A stretch of 64,000 nt of DNA, from the NCBI GenBank assembly GCA_001662655.1, contig KV460227.1. One strand, given 5' to 3'. Positions 47,937 through 61,403 of this stretch are shown one piece after another. The translations under genes and the position numbers were made by a program. Numbering within the stretch: the first letter of the stretch is position 1; the number at the start of each line of letters is the position of its first letter. Below the pieces are notes generated by a model that made no database searches, was not told where the DNA came from, and saw only the letters and a list, made by a program, of their open reading frames with translations. The stretch is from Pseudogymnoascus verrucosus (lineage: Eukaryota).

Positions 47937-49956
47937 CAGTGCTGTCACGGAAGGCGTGGTGACATAGTTTGCCAAGGTGGGAATATCACGTTAACAGCAC
48001 TGCGACGGAAGGCGCTCTCGCGTTAGTTGAAACGAACCTCTCTGGAGTAAGTCGGTGACTATAGTAGTGGTGTTGTGGCATAGTTACCAAGGTTGGATGT
48101 AAGCTGCACACCTCGATGGGGGATAAGTTTGAATATTATATTCCAATCCTGTGTAAATATACCCATGTCAGTCATTATAATACACCCTTTCCCTTGCAAA
48201 CGCACATACTCGCCAGGTCATAACGCGGGTAGTTATAAACTTTCGTATTATAAGTTTCTAATACAGACCCCATGGAGGAGTATGGGTTCCATGACTATGG
48301 AACCGAAGCATTGGGGTTCATTTTTCTGAAGAATATACATTTTATAAAACTATCTACCACGAAATATTCAGGAGTACCTAATCCAGAAAATGTCAGCATA
48401 TCCTGATGTGAGGCAGGTCAGTCTGACGTCCATATTTGGACAACGATATGCTTGAGGTCAAGAGATGGATGCATAATCAGAATATACTATGTACGATAAT
48501 CCCGTCGCCGCTTCCTAATAACGGCTTTCATGTAATAGGGAACAATAATCATCATATTATGCTCGGTATTGAGTTGAGGTTTTGTGACTCCGCCGTCCTG
48601 GTTGCATATACTGCAGGGACATAACTTGGGGAGGAAGTAGGGCGTGGAAAAGTCGAAAATGAGAGACAGGGCTTACGATTGTGGCTGTTGGTAAATTTGG
48701 GGCAGATTATTGTTGACTAAACCTATATGCTTGGAAATTGTCAGTAAGAAAGTCGAAGACAATAACGAGTATAATAAATATATATGAAAGACATGGGATC
48801 AGAATGGAAGTGCGGCCATGAAGACAAGCCGGCCATCCGTTCCACAGAGGTGGTCAAGAGACACGGCGGCTTTAACCTAAAATCCCTTAATTCCTAGGCA
48901 TCGTTTCCCATTTGAGAACTTTTTGAAGACAGAGAGCAAAGACAGATGAGGGGTGAATGGTGTAATACCTGCTAAAGATTTGTATTTATTCACGCTCATA
49001 GTAAGTAGCACCATGAACAACACAACCACGCCAGTTCAGAACCAAGACCACGAAGACCATGTAAACCAAAAGAGCGGCAGGGCAATGCCGCCAAATATGA
49101 GAGGAGGGCCCGTATAGTTCACAATCCTGGAAGTTTGTATGCTGATAGCATGGAATGTGGAATAGTTTGGCGCATTTGGTGGGAGTCAAAAGTCGGTGAA
49201 GGAAGGGACAGGAGGTTTGATCTAAAGTTCAGACGACAGTACGACGTGTAGAAATGTCTGGGCTTTTGGGGAGGATACCTGCCTCAGCATGAGAACTTGA
49301 TAACTATGAGCCAAGGGATTGGGATCTAGAATCCACGATTCCAAGCTCGAATTTCATTCGTAGATTGTGATAGAATCTGTCTGGGGGTTCGAGAGGATTC
49401 ACGTCTAGCATCGGTATGAGGAATCTCAAAGAGTTAATAAAGCCCAAAACTGGTATGGTTGTCATATATTGGCAGGGAATCAATAAAGAGGCTCAGAGAA
49501 TCATAATGGTTCAGTGGCTGCAAGAGTGATGAAGTTAATTTTTGGACGCGTCGTCAAAATGTTTTTGGTATATGTGTGCTTCGGAGTGCGTCGGAGTGCA
49601 TCGGAATATACTTTCCCCCTTACTAACCCAAGCTGTCTTAGCGCATTTTCCCCAGGCCAGGCACCACCTTCCTTATCTTATCATCTTTGTTGGTTGTGTT
49701 GGGGCGCTTCCAACCGCCTGAAGCCGTTTTGATTTCTTTGATTTCTTTGTCGATATGTTTTAAATACCCCGTACATAGGAAGGCCATCTTGAATAATTTG
49801 TGTTTTGGAAATTTACAATCGCTCTCTTGCACTCCCTGACTCACTCGCATTTGGTGGAAGCTACAATCCAAATCCTACCAAGAGGGGCGAGGCGAAAGTG
49901 AGACTTCACAACCCAACATATACTTTGAGAAAGGAACAGAACTTGTAACAGGCAAA

Positions 49957-50788
49957 ATGCCAGGCTTGGGTGGAGATGGCACGTCCATTTCTCTCTCTTC
50001 TGTGCCTGAGAATGGCCAGACAGCTTTTGTCTATGGCACCTTGGTGAGCAACTCGTTACCCCGCTCTCAGAACCCCTCCATTGACGACCTCATAGATGGT
50101 CCCTCAGATTTTATACCGCGTCTGTTACGGTACCGAAAATCCTCTCCCGGAACTCGTCTCTCACCTGCGTCTTTCTACAGCACTTCTGCGAAACTATTCG
50201 CGCCGAAAGGTTCGCAATGCGGACTTTCCTGCTATCATTGCACAGAAAAACCATACGGTGCTCGGGACTCTGATAACTGGCCTTAGCAAGGCAGATGTGA
50301 AGTGGCTGGATCAGTTTGAAGGTGATATGTACAAACGTGTGTTTGTGAAGGTAGAGGCGCTCAAGGCCGAGGTGTTCGACGCACATGGGAACATCAAAGC
50401 GGAGGAGATGGAGAAGGTCAACGCATCCAAGGAAGGGGAAAGAAACATGGTGAGGGCGGAGACTTATGTTTGGGATCTGAGTAAGGACCGACTTGAGTGT
50501 GAAGAGTGGTTATTTGCCGATTTCCGCCGCGAGAAGATGAAGAATTGGGTTGATGGACCTGAGAATGATGGGACCGTCGACCACTACTACGATTCCGGAA
50601 CAGGAAAGGGGAGCGAAGACGGCGATGGAAAAGAAGGGGTAACCGAAGTAGAGAAGGGATTGGAAATTGAAGAGGCCCACGTTGAAGACGAGGAACAAGA
50701 AAAGCGCCGGATCGCCTCGGTGGTCGCCGGCATCGCTGCAAAGGAAGCTGAGGACTGTGAATCGGATGCATTGAAGAGCGCAGTGTGA
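49957..50788 (+). CDS. Gamma-glutamylcyclotransferase/AIG2-like protein
   Basis: AFVYGTL|MVPQIL (intron about 50044-50096), DFPAI, LDQFEGDMYKR, AETYVW, EEWLFADF. Confidence 0.88.
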
Positions 50789-53700
50789 GCGGTTGGCTCC
50801 GACGAGCATCGACCTTGTATGGATCTAAATGCTCGTCCCGCAAAGACACAGTTGTAGATCTGAAATTACCCATAGATGCAATAGATGCTCAGCAATGTGT
50901 GATACGTAGAGAATTGGAAAACGTTGACATACGCGTGGAGTCAATAGCAAGTAAAAAAAGATTGGCAATTTCTTTCTCCTATTCCCAAGAGACAAAGAAC
51001 CACAAGAGAGCTTGGGTTGAGATGGGAAAAAGCTCCATTCTCTTCGCCTACGTGTATTGTTGGTGTATTGTTGTTCGATCGTTGTTCGTCTTCCTATTCC
51101 CTCAGACCATCCTCTCATCTGCTTCCGACCCATATGGCGCGTAACGTCACAGCCAACCACCAAAAGGAATCCTTCTCTCATTTCACTCCTATCCCGTCCC
51201 GTCCCATCCCATTATCCTCATTTCTGTTTCACATCATCTCATGTATTATTATGCACATACCAATCATCCCATCTCACCAAACACAGCAGCAAACACATCG
51301 CCACGTCACCTATCTTTCCCGATTCTGGCGCAACTCGAAACGTGAAACGCATCACACGAATTCACGAATCACGAATCACGAATCACATATCACAAGTCGC
51401 AAAAGCCAGCAAATCACGTGGCTGAATATCAATTACTCTTCACGTGTGATCCATCGCACACGCCAGAGTTTCAGATCCAAGAGACGCAACGTTGACTGCT
51501 GGATGAGCCAGGTTCTTCTGGGGCCTGGCTGAGAAGCTTCTCTTGGTGACAGGACCGGAGATGATGGGTCGGCAAGGTAATTGATGGTTACATTCCGTTT
51601 CACGCCGGGAGCATCCGCTGTAGTATCACGATGATTTGAGCTCGGCGATGGAGTTACTCTATGACAAGGTGGATCGATGCATGGACAGCTCAAGATTCTG
51701 GAGTTTGACAAGGAAGAATATCTGTTTATGGAACCAGGTACATGACGAATAGCTAAATTACACGTCTAGGTGCAGGAAGGGACGCTGGAGAAGCTCAGAT
51801 CTTTAATGTCAGACCCATAAAGGCAAATTACACAGCAGAAAGCCTTGACACTTGATGACAAGAATAGCACAGCATCCGCCGCAATGCCTCCGCAAAGCCG
51901 TGCCAAAGCCCTGATCACGATATCCACAATGGCAAAGCAAGGTCACGTTAAATTTCCCAGATTCATGCGTTGCCCAAAATATTGCTACTCTTCCCTGAGT
52001 CGATCCCCGACGGCGGCCTTCGGGGAGGGAGTATCGCCGAAGCACAGCCCTCGCCTATGAATTTCAAAATCACACTTTCGGTCTTTCGGCAGTACCAAGA
52101 GGTAACGGGCCATATGTCCCACCGAGGAAGTTGAAGACTCGAGCAACGTGATCTACGCGTAGGTGCATGAGGCGAGAGTTTCACCGACCTCTTCGCCCCA
52201 GATAGACCCGCAAACCGGTGGAAGTCTTGAGAAGGGTTTCTCGACAGAAGTGGGCCTCGAAGGGTACAGAAGCAAAAACCGAGAAGAGGCTGGGAGACGG
52301 ACTTGCTTGGCGGCGGAGTCTCGCCTTCGTGGATCTCGAATGTCGCCGATCATGTTCGGCAGAAGTACTTTGTACGCCATCTCAAAGGAATATCTCAGAG
52401 GGACATGGAGAACCGAATCGCGTCCGCGGACAACGCGCCGAGCCCGCACTACCATGGTAATGATACACCGCGGTCTGTCAAATCGCAAGTCCGAGTCGTA
52501 TTGTGGAGTGAGGGTACAAGCCAAGGAAACGTGAAGCCAAAGTGATCAACTTGACGGCGAGCACCACTCAACGGCTCAAGATGCCAAATTGTGCTAATCC
52601 CCCATTTCATCCTTTGTCCTATCCTCGACTTGGCTTTGTCTTATTCGACGTGTAAGTCGTATAAAATTTCTTATGCTGAGACGAGGCGCGGTTTCAGATA
52701 CAGGACGGACGAATAAGGTGGCCACGAAGCGGTCTCGCTTGTTCGCGTCATCCTTGGCTATCCTTGGCCATCCTTGGTGAGGGTCCGGGGATTGGCAGGG
52801 GGTACTCGAGATGGAAGGTTGCATTCCCAGTGGTGGCTGGCAAGTGGGCCGTTGAGGTCCACCAGACGTCAGCCAACCGGTTTTGCGGGACGTACCACTG
52901 AGGGGAATCGACATGGGCCACACAGATGGCCGTTCTTTGTCATTTCGTAATCCCGTTTTTCTAGTGCGAGTCAAGGGCGAGCTGAGAGGCGACAGGGAAA
53001 ACTGCCTGCCTGAAGGACCGTTATCCTGTGGGAGCCTGTGCCTTGCCTGTGCGTCCCCTGTGCATTCCCAGTGCCTTGCGCATTGCTGTGGGCTGGCAGT
53101 GGCTGTGTACCGCTAAACTCCTCCCTAGATGCCTGATCACAGCTGCTCTGGGGGAGTCTCGTGCAGCGGCGTCACCGGATTGTCATGCTGAAGCCTGATG
53201 ACAGCTCAAGGGAGACTTATGCTGCGGCCTCCTAAATTTATCTTTCCAGCGTCTAGGAGTTTTGCGACGTTGGAGAACGCGCGCTTCTTGTTGGACTTTT
53301 GAAATCGCGGTGAAGAATCACGCCCGCATGAGGCTTTCGCGACACGGATTCCTTCTGATACCAGCCCTATGGGAGTTTGTGTGTAGGCGCACAGTGTTCA
53401 CCGTCGCTATTATGAGTGGTGGTCTGGTTACAGTTGTGGTCATTTCCAGACGGCCGCATTCCCAGGCTACAGATGGGCCACGCCAGTGGTGGTTTGGTGC
53501 CCGATACGCTATTCCTGGTATTTGGTATCTTCAGAACGGCCATGTGCGAGGCCTGTTCATGGCCGTTCTCGAGGCCTGCCAGCTGGCTGGCATACCAGGA
53601 TAAATCCTGCCCCACGCCACACCCCTGTGACTTCGGCTTCTGGGATTCCATTCGCCCCACCATTGAAAAATACCGCGTCAGCCTCAAGACATGTGGCTGA

Positions 53701-54534
53701 GGGGAAGAAGCAAGAATTCAGGTACAGTATCGACGCGGACCTCTCAACGGGCGAATTTTCATACTGTAGATACGAAGAAGAACAAGGCAGCTACGTATAG
53801 CTAGGCGGCACGGATTCATCTTGGTCAGGAACGGTTCAGTTGAGATAGGTGACATATTGCCCGTCCGGCTTGGGGGATAGCCACTGATTGACTGATACTC
53901 CTCGATGTCGTACCCATGTCGTCAACATGTGCACACCATCCAGACAAAGGCTACGCTACGAGTCATCAAAGGTGAAGACATGGTCGGGCTACAAGTGACA
54001 AAGAAACAAATCGTTTCAAACTTTTTACATGGCGCGTCCGCGTCGTCCTTCGGTCAGCCACTCCTATCGCATCTTTATCCATCATGTCTTTGGTTCCCTC
54101 CCGTGTCGTGGAGTCGTTGACATACTCGAATCCGCCCAGGATCGCTTCGTATCCAGTCAAGTCGTTTCCCGGGACTCCCGCTTGCACCCCCTGCCGGAAC
54201 CTTGCGCACTAGCTTGTCAGACTTTCATGCGTAGGGGACCTCCATCGGACAAACCACATTTGCTCCACGCATACTCCGCAAATGTTCATGCTTCACCTCC
54301 CGGCTGAGCTCCGCCCACCGTGCACTCCCACTGGCCTCCTTCGCCATTTCAAGGAGTTTAGAGTAGCGCGCTCTGGCCCACTGCTGCAGGTACAACATAT
54401 GTACTCGGATCCTGTGGATCCACGCAAGTCAGGAACCACTATGGCTCCCGAGACTTACTCGAGTAGTCAGGTCCCCAGTCCCCATGCTCTGTGAGTTTGC
54501 CTCCCCCTCTCCCCTCCCCGTCCCATCTCCATGC

Positions 54535-55047
54535 TATAAAGAACCCAGAAAGCCCCCTCTTCCTCTTCTTCCGTCTCACAAGTCCTTGGCGATTAAACAT
54601 TCTTGTTTGCACTTCATTTTACAGGCTAGACCTACATCTCTTCAACGAATTCGATATTCGGAGATCTATCATTCCTTACTTCGTGCCTGTGGCATTTGCA
54701 AACCGTTACAATCCTTGATATCCACCTCACATTCCCTCAATCGCCAAGTCTAAAAGACTCGATCTTGCTTAAGCAACGTATACAGTATGTAATACCTTTC
54801 CTCCACTGTCGATCTCTGGTATCAGAGAAAATGATAAGATTATTCTATTGCTGTTTTGGGGGGGTATCAAAATTCACTCCAGTATTGTCTCTAGCGAGAC
54901 AATAGAATTGTGTGTGGTGTTCTGGCCTTTTCCTTCAATAGCCTTATTGTTCCCATTGTCGACCTCGAACAATAGAACTCGAATATTCCATCCGATACCT
55001 GAGCGACGGTGAATACACCATAATGGCTGGCTAACATTATTCGTTAG
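54535..55047 (+). promoter_or_regulatory. TATA box and probable 5'-UTR intron of the LPMO gene
   Basis: CTATAAAG at about 54535 after a CT-rich tract. GTATGT donor at 54785, GCTAAC branch point and TAG acceptor ending 55047, upstream of ATG 55128. Confidence 0.5.
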
Positions 55048-55127
55048 CATCATTCACTTGGCAATATAAAAGCCTAGAAATCTTGTCTCTATCTCGTCCG
55101 GCACGAATCACCAACAAAACTATCAAC

Positions 55128-56354
55128 ATGCATTTCACATCTTCTATCGTCGCCACTCTTGGCATGGCCTCGTACGCGAGCGCCCACATTATGATGACCA
55201 CCCCGAAGCCTTTCGGAAAGTCTACTCTCAACAACAGCCCTCTTCTCGCCGATGGAAGCGACTTCCCCTGCAAGCAGCGCGGTGGCGTCTACGACCCAGA
55301 GGGTGCCAGCAACCCCATGGCCCTCGGCTCCACGCAGCCTTTGAACTTCGTCGGCAGCGCCGTCCACGGCGGTGGATCATGCCAAATCTCTATCACCTAC
55401 GATGAGAAGCCAACAAAGGACAGCGTCTGGAAGGTCATCCACTCGATCGAGGGAGGCTGCCCAGCACGTGGCGTCGATGGCAATCTCGGCGGCGGCCCAG
55501 ACACTCCTGTCCCGGATGATTACAGCTTCACCATCCCCGAGGGCCTTCCAACTGGCAATGCCGTTCTTGCCTGGACTTGGTTCAACAAGGTCGGCAACCG
55601 CGAGATGTACATGAACTGTGCCCCGATCGATATCACCGGAGGCAACTCGAAGTCAAAGCGCGACACTGCTGCCTACGACGCCCTTCCAGATATGTTCACG
55701 GCAAACATTGGCAACGGTTGCACGACCGTTGATAGCAAGGATGTTGAATTCCCCAATGCCGGCGGGTCCGTCGAGAAACTTGGATCAGGTTCGCTTACGC
55801 CTCCAACGGGAAGCTGCCAGGCTGCTGGTGGATCTGGTGGTGGTGGTGGTTCATCCGAGGCCCCAAAGCCGACACAGTCCGTTGTTACCGCCCCCACCGG
55901 TATCCAAGGCGGCGTTTTCGTCACAGTCGCACCTAACGCAAGTGAAACTGTCGCCCCTGTCGCGACTTCTGCCCCAGTTGAGTCTGTTGCTCCCGTCGCA
56001 TCCGCCGCGCCCGCTGTTCCCACGAGCGTCACCTCCAGCCCATCCGCACCCGCCGCTGTTGTGCCTGATGCAGGCTCTTCAGCAAACAACGGTTCTGACA
56101 CCACCACTGGCAGCTCCGAGACCGCCGCTGGCACTCCTTGCCCAGGCCAGGAGGGCTCATGGAACTGCATCAGTGGAACCTCTTTCCAACGCTGCGCTTC
56201 TGGGCAGTGGTCTGTCGTTCAGGCCGTCGCCGCTGGAACCACTTGCGAGACTGGCATTTCTCAAAACATGAAGTTCGTCAGCGCCGCCAAGCCAAGACGC
56301 GCAATCCGTTTCTCCAACGAGCACGTCCGCCGTCACCTAGCTTACTCCTCGTGA
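55128..56354 (+). CDS. Lytic polysaccharide monooxygenase AA11 with Ser/Thr/Pro linker and C-terminal 4-Cys (X278-like) module
   Basis: Signal peptide ends ASA|H (His1). DFPCK, AVHGGGSCQ, WTWFNKVGNREMYMNCA. C-terminal CPGQEGSWNC..FQRCASGQW..TTC. Confidence 0.93.
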   Translation: MHFTSSIVATLGMASYASAHIMMTTPKPFGKSTLNNSPLLADGSDFPCKQRGGVYDPEGASNPMALGSTQPLNFVGSAVHGGGSCQISITYDEKPTKDSVWKVIHSIEGGCPARGVDGNLGGGPDTPVPDDYSFTIPEGLPTGNAVLAWTWFNKVGNREMYMNCAPIDITGGNSKSKRDTAAYDALPDMFTANIGNGCTTVDSKDVEFPNAGGSVEKLGSGSLTPPTGSCQAAGGSGGGGGSSEAPKPTQSVVTAPTGIQGGVFVTVAPNASETVAPVATSAPVESVAPVASAAPAVPTSVTSSPSAPAAVVPDAGSSANNGSDTTTGSSETAAGTPCPGQEGSWNCISGTSFQRCASGQWSVVQAVAAGTTCETGISQNMKFVSAAKPRRAIRFSNEHVRRHLAYSS

Positions 56355-56824
56355 AGAGCACATTAGATCGCAGGTCGATTTAATTGTGTATTTTTACGGA
56401 TTGGGGATATTGGGTCAGGCGTTCATGGATTCACAAATTCTTGTACATAGTTTTGTGTTGTGTGTCAGAATATAGGGGGCAGAACAAGAAACATGTCTAG
56501 GAATTAAAAGATATGAATTCACTGAGTCAAATCATTGATTTAACTTACAACTCTTTATGAAAAAATTGTGACTTGTACTGTGTGTGAGGTGTGTGATGAG
56601 CTACTTTACGTGAGCCAGGTCAAAACTTGAGCCTCCAAAATGGAACCCACTCCCAACTAAACCCTTTTGAGCGGGCTAGGTACCCCTGGCATCTACATCC
56701 GCACAATATAACCATAGTAATTTCATTGTATTAAAGTGGTTTGATTAAATATGATAAATTATGAGTAGATTTCGATGTATATGGTTTCAGCAGTACCAGC
56801 TGGCATATTCAAAAAGAAACCTTG

Positions 56825-59800
56825 CTAGATCCAAACTCGCGGTTCTTCAGGAGGCAACGAGCGTCCAAGTCGCCATTTTCGCCTTTTCACATCTGGATTC
56901 TTGCTCTTTAAAGGCACAACAAGAGGTTCTTTCTCTATCCCTACATGGGTACGGCCATCAGCTCCCTTGAATCGTCCGTATCCATATCTTGTTTCTTGCG
57001 ATTTCTCATTTGACCGGTTGCCATAATCTTGGGCCGCCTGGCTGGCTGAAACGTACGCGATAATTGAGGCGATGGACAGCGGCATTCTCGGAAGGAATCG
57101 ACGTGGCCTCATTGCGTAATAGGCCGCAAGAGTTACTAGTTGGAGAACTAAGATGGTGATAGATATGTAGAACATTGTAGGTGTCATAAATATTCGAGTT
57201 TGCTTGGTGTGGATCTGGACTGATATAGTAGTATTTGCTGGCGCTTTGTTAAACAGCGTCGTATCGAAGGAAAACATCACGGCAGCTAGTAGTTGAAATA
57301 ATCCAGCGAAGTGCGGGATAGTTGCTGGAATATCCGGCACGGGCGTTGCTGGGTTGATCAAGTCTGAGGAGTTGAGTTGGATTTTCAAAAGTGAGTTCAT
57401 CCAGTCTATGGCGAAGGTGTCATTGTGCCATCGATAGGGGTGACCGGTGCGTGGTAGAAGCATTGTCGATGTTTGCGCCATTAAAGACATAATTGCAGAT
57501 TCCTTTCCATACGGCCGAAGATCAGTATCGAACTCGCCTACTCTTGTCGAGGAAATAATCCGTTTTGTAGAGTCGACGGTGACGTTAAAGGAAGCTGTTC
57601 TGAGTGTTGGTAGACACCGCATAAATGCTGTTTCAAAAGACCTCCCGTTAGTTGTGTTGGTAGAGGAAATGCCTTGCCTCGTCGCGGAGTTGGCGGGACC
57701 AATTCTGGCCCAGCCAGCAACAATGACGGAACTGCAATATCCGTTGTCAGGTAAACTGCTACCTGTAGTGTTTGATAGCTCGAAAGGAGACAAAATCTCG
57801 AATGCACAAGTATCATTCGTCCAAGATTCGGTGAAAATTTCCCCATCAGTTTCGAGAATACTGGAACATGTTACATTGCCCCCATCGGCAAGTTTGTGGA
57901 CCACACTTAATTCTGTAAATGAACCATTATCTCTTTGGCGAAATACTAGCGTGTCATTGTCTCCTTCTTGGAAAATTTGCTCACAGGTAAGGTCGACGCC
58001 AAACCCCCGAGTTAGAGCCGAATATCCATCAATAGATAGTTGCTCCTCAGAAGGCTGCTCTGAATCCGGCAAGTTGAAAGGAAGGTAGAAAAAACTGTCA
58101 TCAACCCAAGGCGGCAGGGTTGCATTCCCTTTAAGATTTGCTAAGGTAGCATAAAAGTGGTCGTAGTAAGCGACTATATAAAACGACGAGGCACTTTCCT
58201 TTATGTTAGGGGTTCCATTTAGAGCGGGATTGTAAATTGTTGTTGAATTGGTGGGGAGATTTGTATCTTTCAAGGACTCGTTGAAGATCCCGCTAAGTGC
58301 TACTGCAAGCACGTTCATGGAAATGGCCATGACGCAGACCGTTGCCAAGAGGAAGTGGCCGGACCTAAGAGCTCGCCAGACAGCAAGCTGTGGTGGAATT
58401 GATGTATATCTAGCGTCCACTGTCGAATCCGGTTTCGCCTTTCCATTCCGTAAATCGGTAAATGGTTGCAGAACGCATAATAGTCGATTGAGGAGAATCC
58501 AAAAGGGCTCGTTGATCGTCGCAAATGCTGTTGGCACTAGATTCTCTAGAATAGAGAGAACAAGTGGGTTGCTTGACGGCCTGGCCAACCCTAGCATAAT
58601 GTCAGTACAAAACCTCTTATAGAGAATGCTCGAATCAGTTACCATTGAACTTTGTAATTTGGTGATATAGATATGACAGGGAGGCAATGGCTAATATTAT
58701 AACAGCTCCCGCTATGGCTCCTGTGGTAAACGTAAGTTCAAAAGGCCGAACTGCCTGAGACTGTTCCGGGCAGTCGATATTTGATTGAAATTCGGCAAAT
58801 TTGTCAATATCTTGTCCAGCCGCTCGTTGCATAGATTCTAAGCGCATCTCAATAGCACCTCCTTTATTGTATGCGTTTAGGCGATACCTATGGCCGCGAA
58901 GCCTTTCTCCCAGCAGTTGGGAAGTTAAGGTACCACTGTCATTGAAACCCCGCAGCGGTTCCTTAGTGTTGCAGACAAGTCTCATTATGTCGGAGATCGA
59001 GGCTGGGTCTTGTGTCATGTTCGTCTGACGCTGTTGATAAACCAACCACAAAACACAAGTTAAAATACCAACAATAGCCAAGAAAACTTCAACGACAATT
59101 GAAAAAGACCTCACAAAAATTATGCTGCCGGGCTGATCTGTTATCAATCCAATCCGTTCGTTTGTTGTTGGTTCCTTAGGAGTTATCATCGCCGCTACTG
59201 CCATTGAGAATAATAACTTGTGCGCGGATTCAAACGCCTTGTGCATCTGAGAAGGATCCGCAAGGTCCGTTACTTGACCAGAGCTGGCTGCCAGTCCGAA
59301 GCCGACCATATTGTGGAATGGCCATGATATATTAAACTTGAGCAACCTTGGTAATTGCTGAACAATTAGTATATTCGGTAAATCGTCTCCCAAGGGCCTG
59401 CCGACCTGGTACTGCGAAATACCTGTCCCCATTATGTACTCGAAATTTGTGATGTTGAAATCAGCTTCGGGTAGAGGCAAAGCCGTATTTGGGACACTTT
59501 TATCATCGATATTCATAACCGCACGGCTAGTTGCGTTTACTGTCGCAGTGACAGGCTGAACATGATATGTTGGACGACAAAATTGAGCACTAATATTGCC
59601 AAATTTCCTGAATGTGGTATTTTCAATGTATTGTGATTGTCCCCACACCGCGAGAAAGTTGTGAGAGTGCTCGATGGTGCAATTTGGGTTCTGTAATGCC
59701 CAGTCGTTGTTAGGGTCATCAAAATATGGGATATACATGACCGCAAACTTCGCAGATGAGGCGCCTTGCGGGGAGATTTCATAGGTGACACATCCATTTC

Positions 59801-60874
59801 CGTCGTCAAAAATCCACCCATTTGACCTCCCGGGTTTCACAATTGCTGGGGTGCAGGTAAGGTTGGTATAGTAGGCGAGCGTGGAAGACGACCATGTATC
59901 GTTTCCTGAAGATATGACGTCGCTAGTGGTAGGAGAAAATGGCTGCAATGCGTACTCCTTTGTCGTATACGCAGGTACCTTCTGGTCTAACCAAGATACA
60001 CCATACGCAGTGTTGAGGAACTGAGAATTGAGAGCAACTTTCTGATTCTCCAAAGGCATGAAAGATCCGGTGGCAGCCATTAGTGCCTCTCTGGTCCGGG
60101 TAACTGTACCCGTGGAAAATATGGCAGACTGGAAAGGAACAATTGCCCACGAAACGAGCATCATGGTGCTTCCAGTAATAAAAACAGCCCAGTGTCTGCA
60201 AATCGTTATATTAGTAGCCGCTGCGTTGTATGAACAGGACGACTTACCTGCGGCGTGCAGCTCGTATCGGTACAAATGGCAAGAAATCAAACGGATATTG
60301 CAATAGTAAGGAATCTTCTGCGGCCGCACCATCTGGCTTGGAAAGCTGGAACCATGGCTCAAGGCGTTTGCTGTCCAAGTCAATCCAACTCCAGATTATA
60401 CTGTAAATAACCGCTATCACAGTGGGGAGATAAAGATATGACACCGTTGCAATGGTGGATATGTCGTCGACTGTGGCTGCGAAAGCAAGTCCGCCACCAT
60501 TCGAATTATTTTTACCGACACTGAGATACGCCAAAATTTCGAGTCCAATTATCATCAAAACTGTCACAGTGAAGATGCTTCCTAGAACTGGGAACCGCAG
60601 TGTTGCCGGTTTCCAAAGGGGTTTCCGCCCTGGAGTTGCCGTTAGCGACTTGCAATTGGGATTCCCATACAGGCTGTGACTTACCAGTGGCCCCATCCGT
60701 CGTGCTGGCCCATGATGTTGTTTTTGATATCCAAGAATTCCACGAGGACTGCTTTTTCAACGGATTCTTGTCATCCTTGCGAAGTTCCACCTCAATAGCT
60801 TCCCATATGGGAACCTTATTTCCATTAGAGTCGTAGCGAGGTTGTGACGAGTCAACGACATTTGGAGGGCTCAT
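56825..60874 (-). CDS. Large multi-pass membrane protein with a duplicated DUF3433-like domain
   Basis: Repeated module YLPTVIAVIYSIIWSWIDLDSKRLEPWFQL..LLLQYP and NLVPTAFATINEPFWILLNRLLCVLQPFTDL..VDARY. C-terminal LPRMPLSIASIIAYV..YGYGRFKGADGRTHVGIE. Four exons, ATG 60874. Confidence 0.8.
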
Positions 60875-61403
60875 GGTAAAAATGAAGCAACCCAATCTAC
60901 GGCCGTTACTCCAAGTAGATGCCAAAAGAAACCATCGACCAGCGATGCAACGCAACAGAAGGACGAGACAACAGAATAGGAAAAATGCAAAATAAGAAAC
61001 GGTGACAAAAAGAAAAAGCAAGCACTTGAAGGCCGAGGTGGATAATATATAGCAGACAGACAGCCATATCTCGAGCACTCATGAGGTGGAGATGGGGCTG
61101 GACCGCCCCTGTTCGGCGTATTGCTTCATACTCATCCCAAATAACGGGGCACCGGCCATATTCATTGGCCATATCTGCCAGTCTCCATATTGCCTAGCAT
61201 ATGGCCCCTCCAGGTTGCAGGATGAACCGGGCTGGAGAGTGGTCGTTGTCTCACATAGGGCTTTCCGCTTCAAAAATAGAGATAAGCGCCCGGGACGCCA
61301 CGGGACGCCATATTCGCCGTAAGCGAGACCAGTGGCGGCACGCCGTTTTGCGCCCGCCATAACCACCAAGCCTCTTGCGTTCAGTAACCGACACCCCGGC
61401 AAC

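Noticed and set aside
48093..49871. Short ORFs in AT-rich intergenic DNA
   Set aside because: No homologous motifs or consistent exon structure found by eye.
17514..56354. AA7 oxidase and AA11 LPMO as a redox-partner cluster
   Set aside because: 36 kb apart with many unrelated genes between, so no sequence evidence of linkage.
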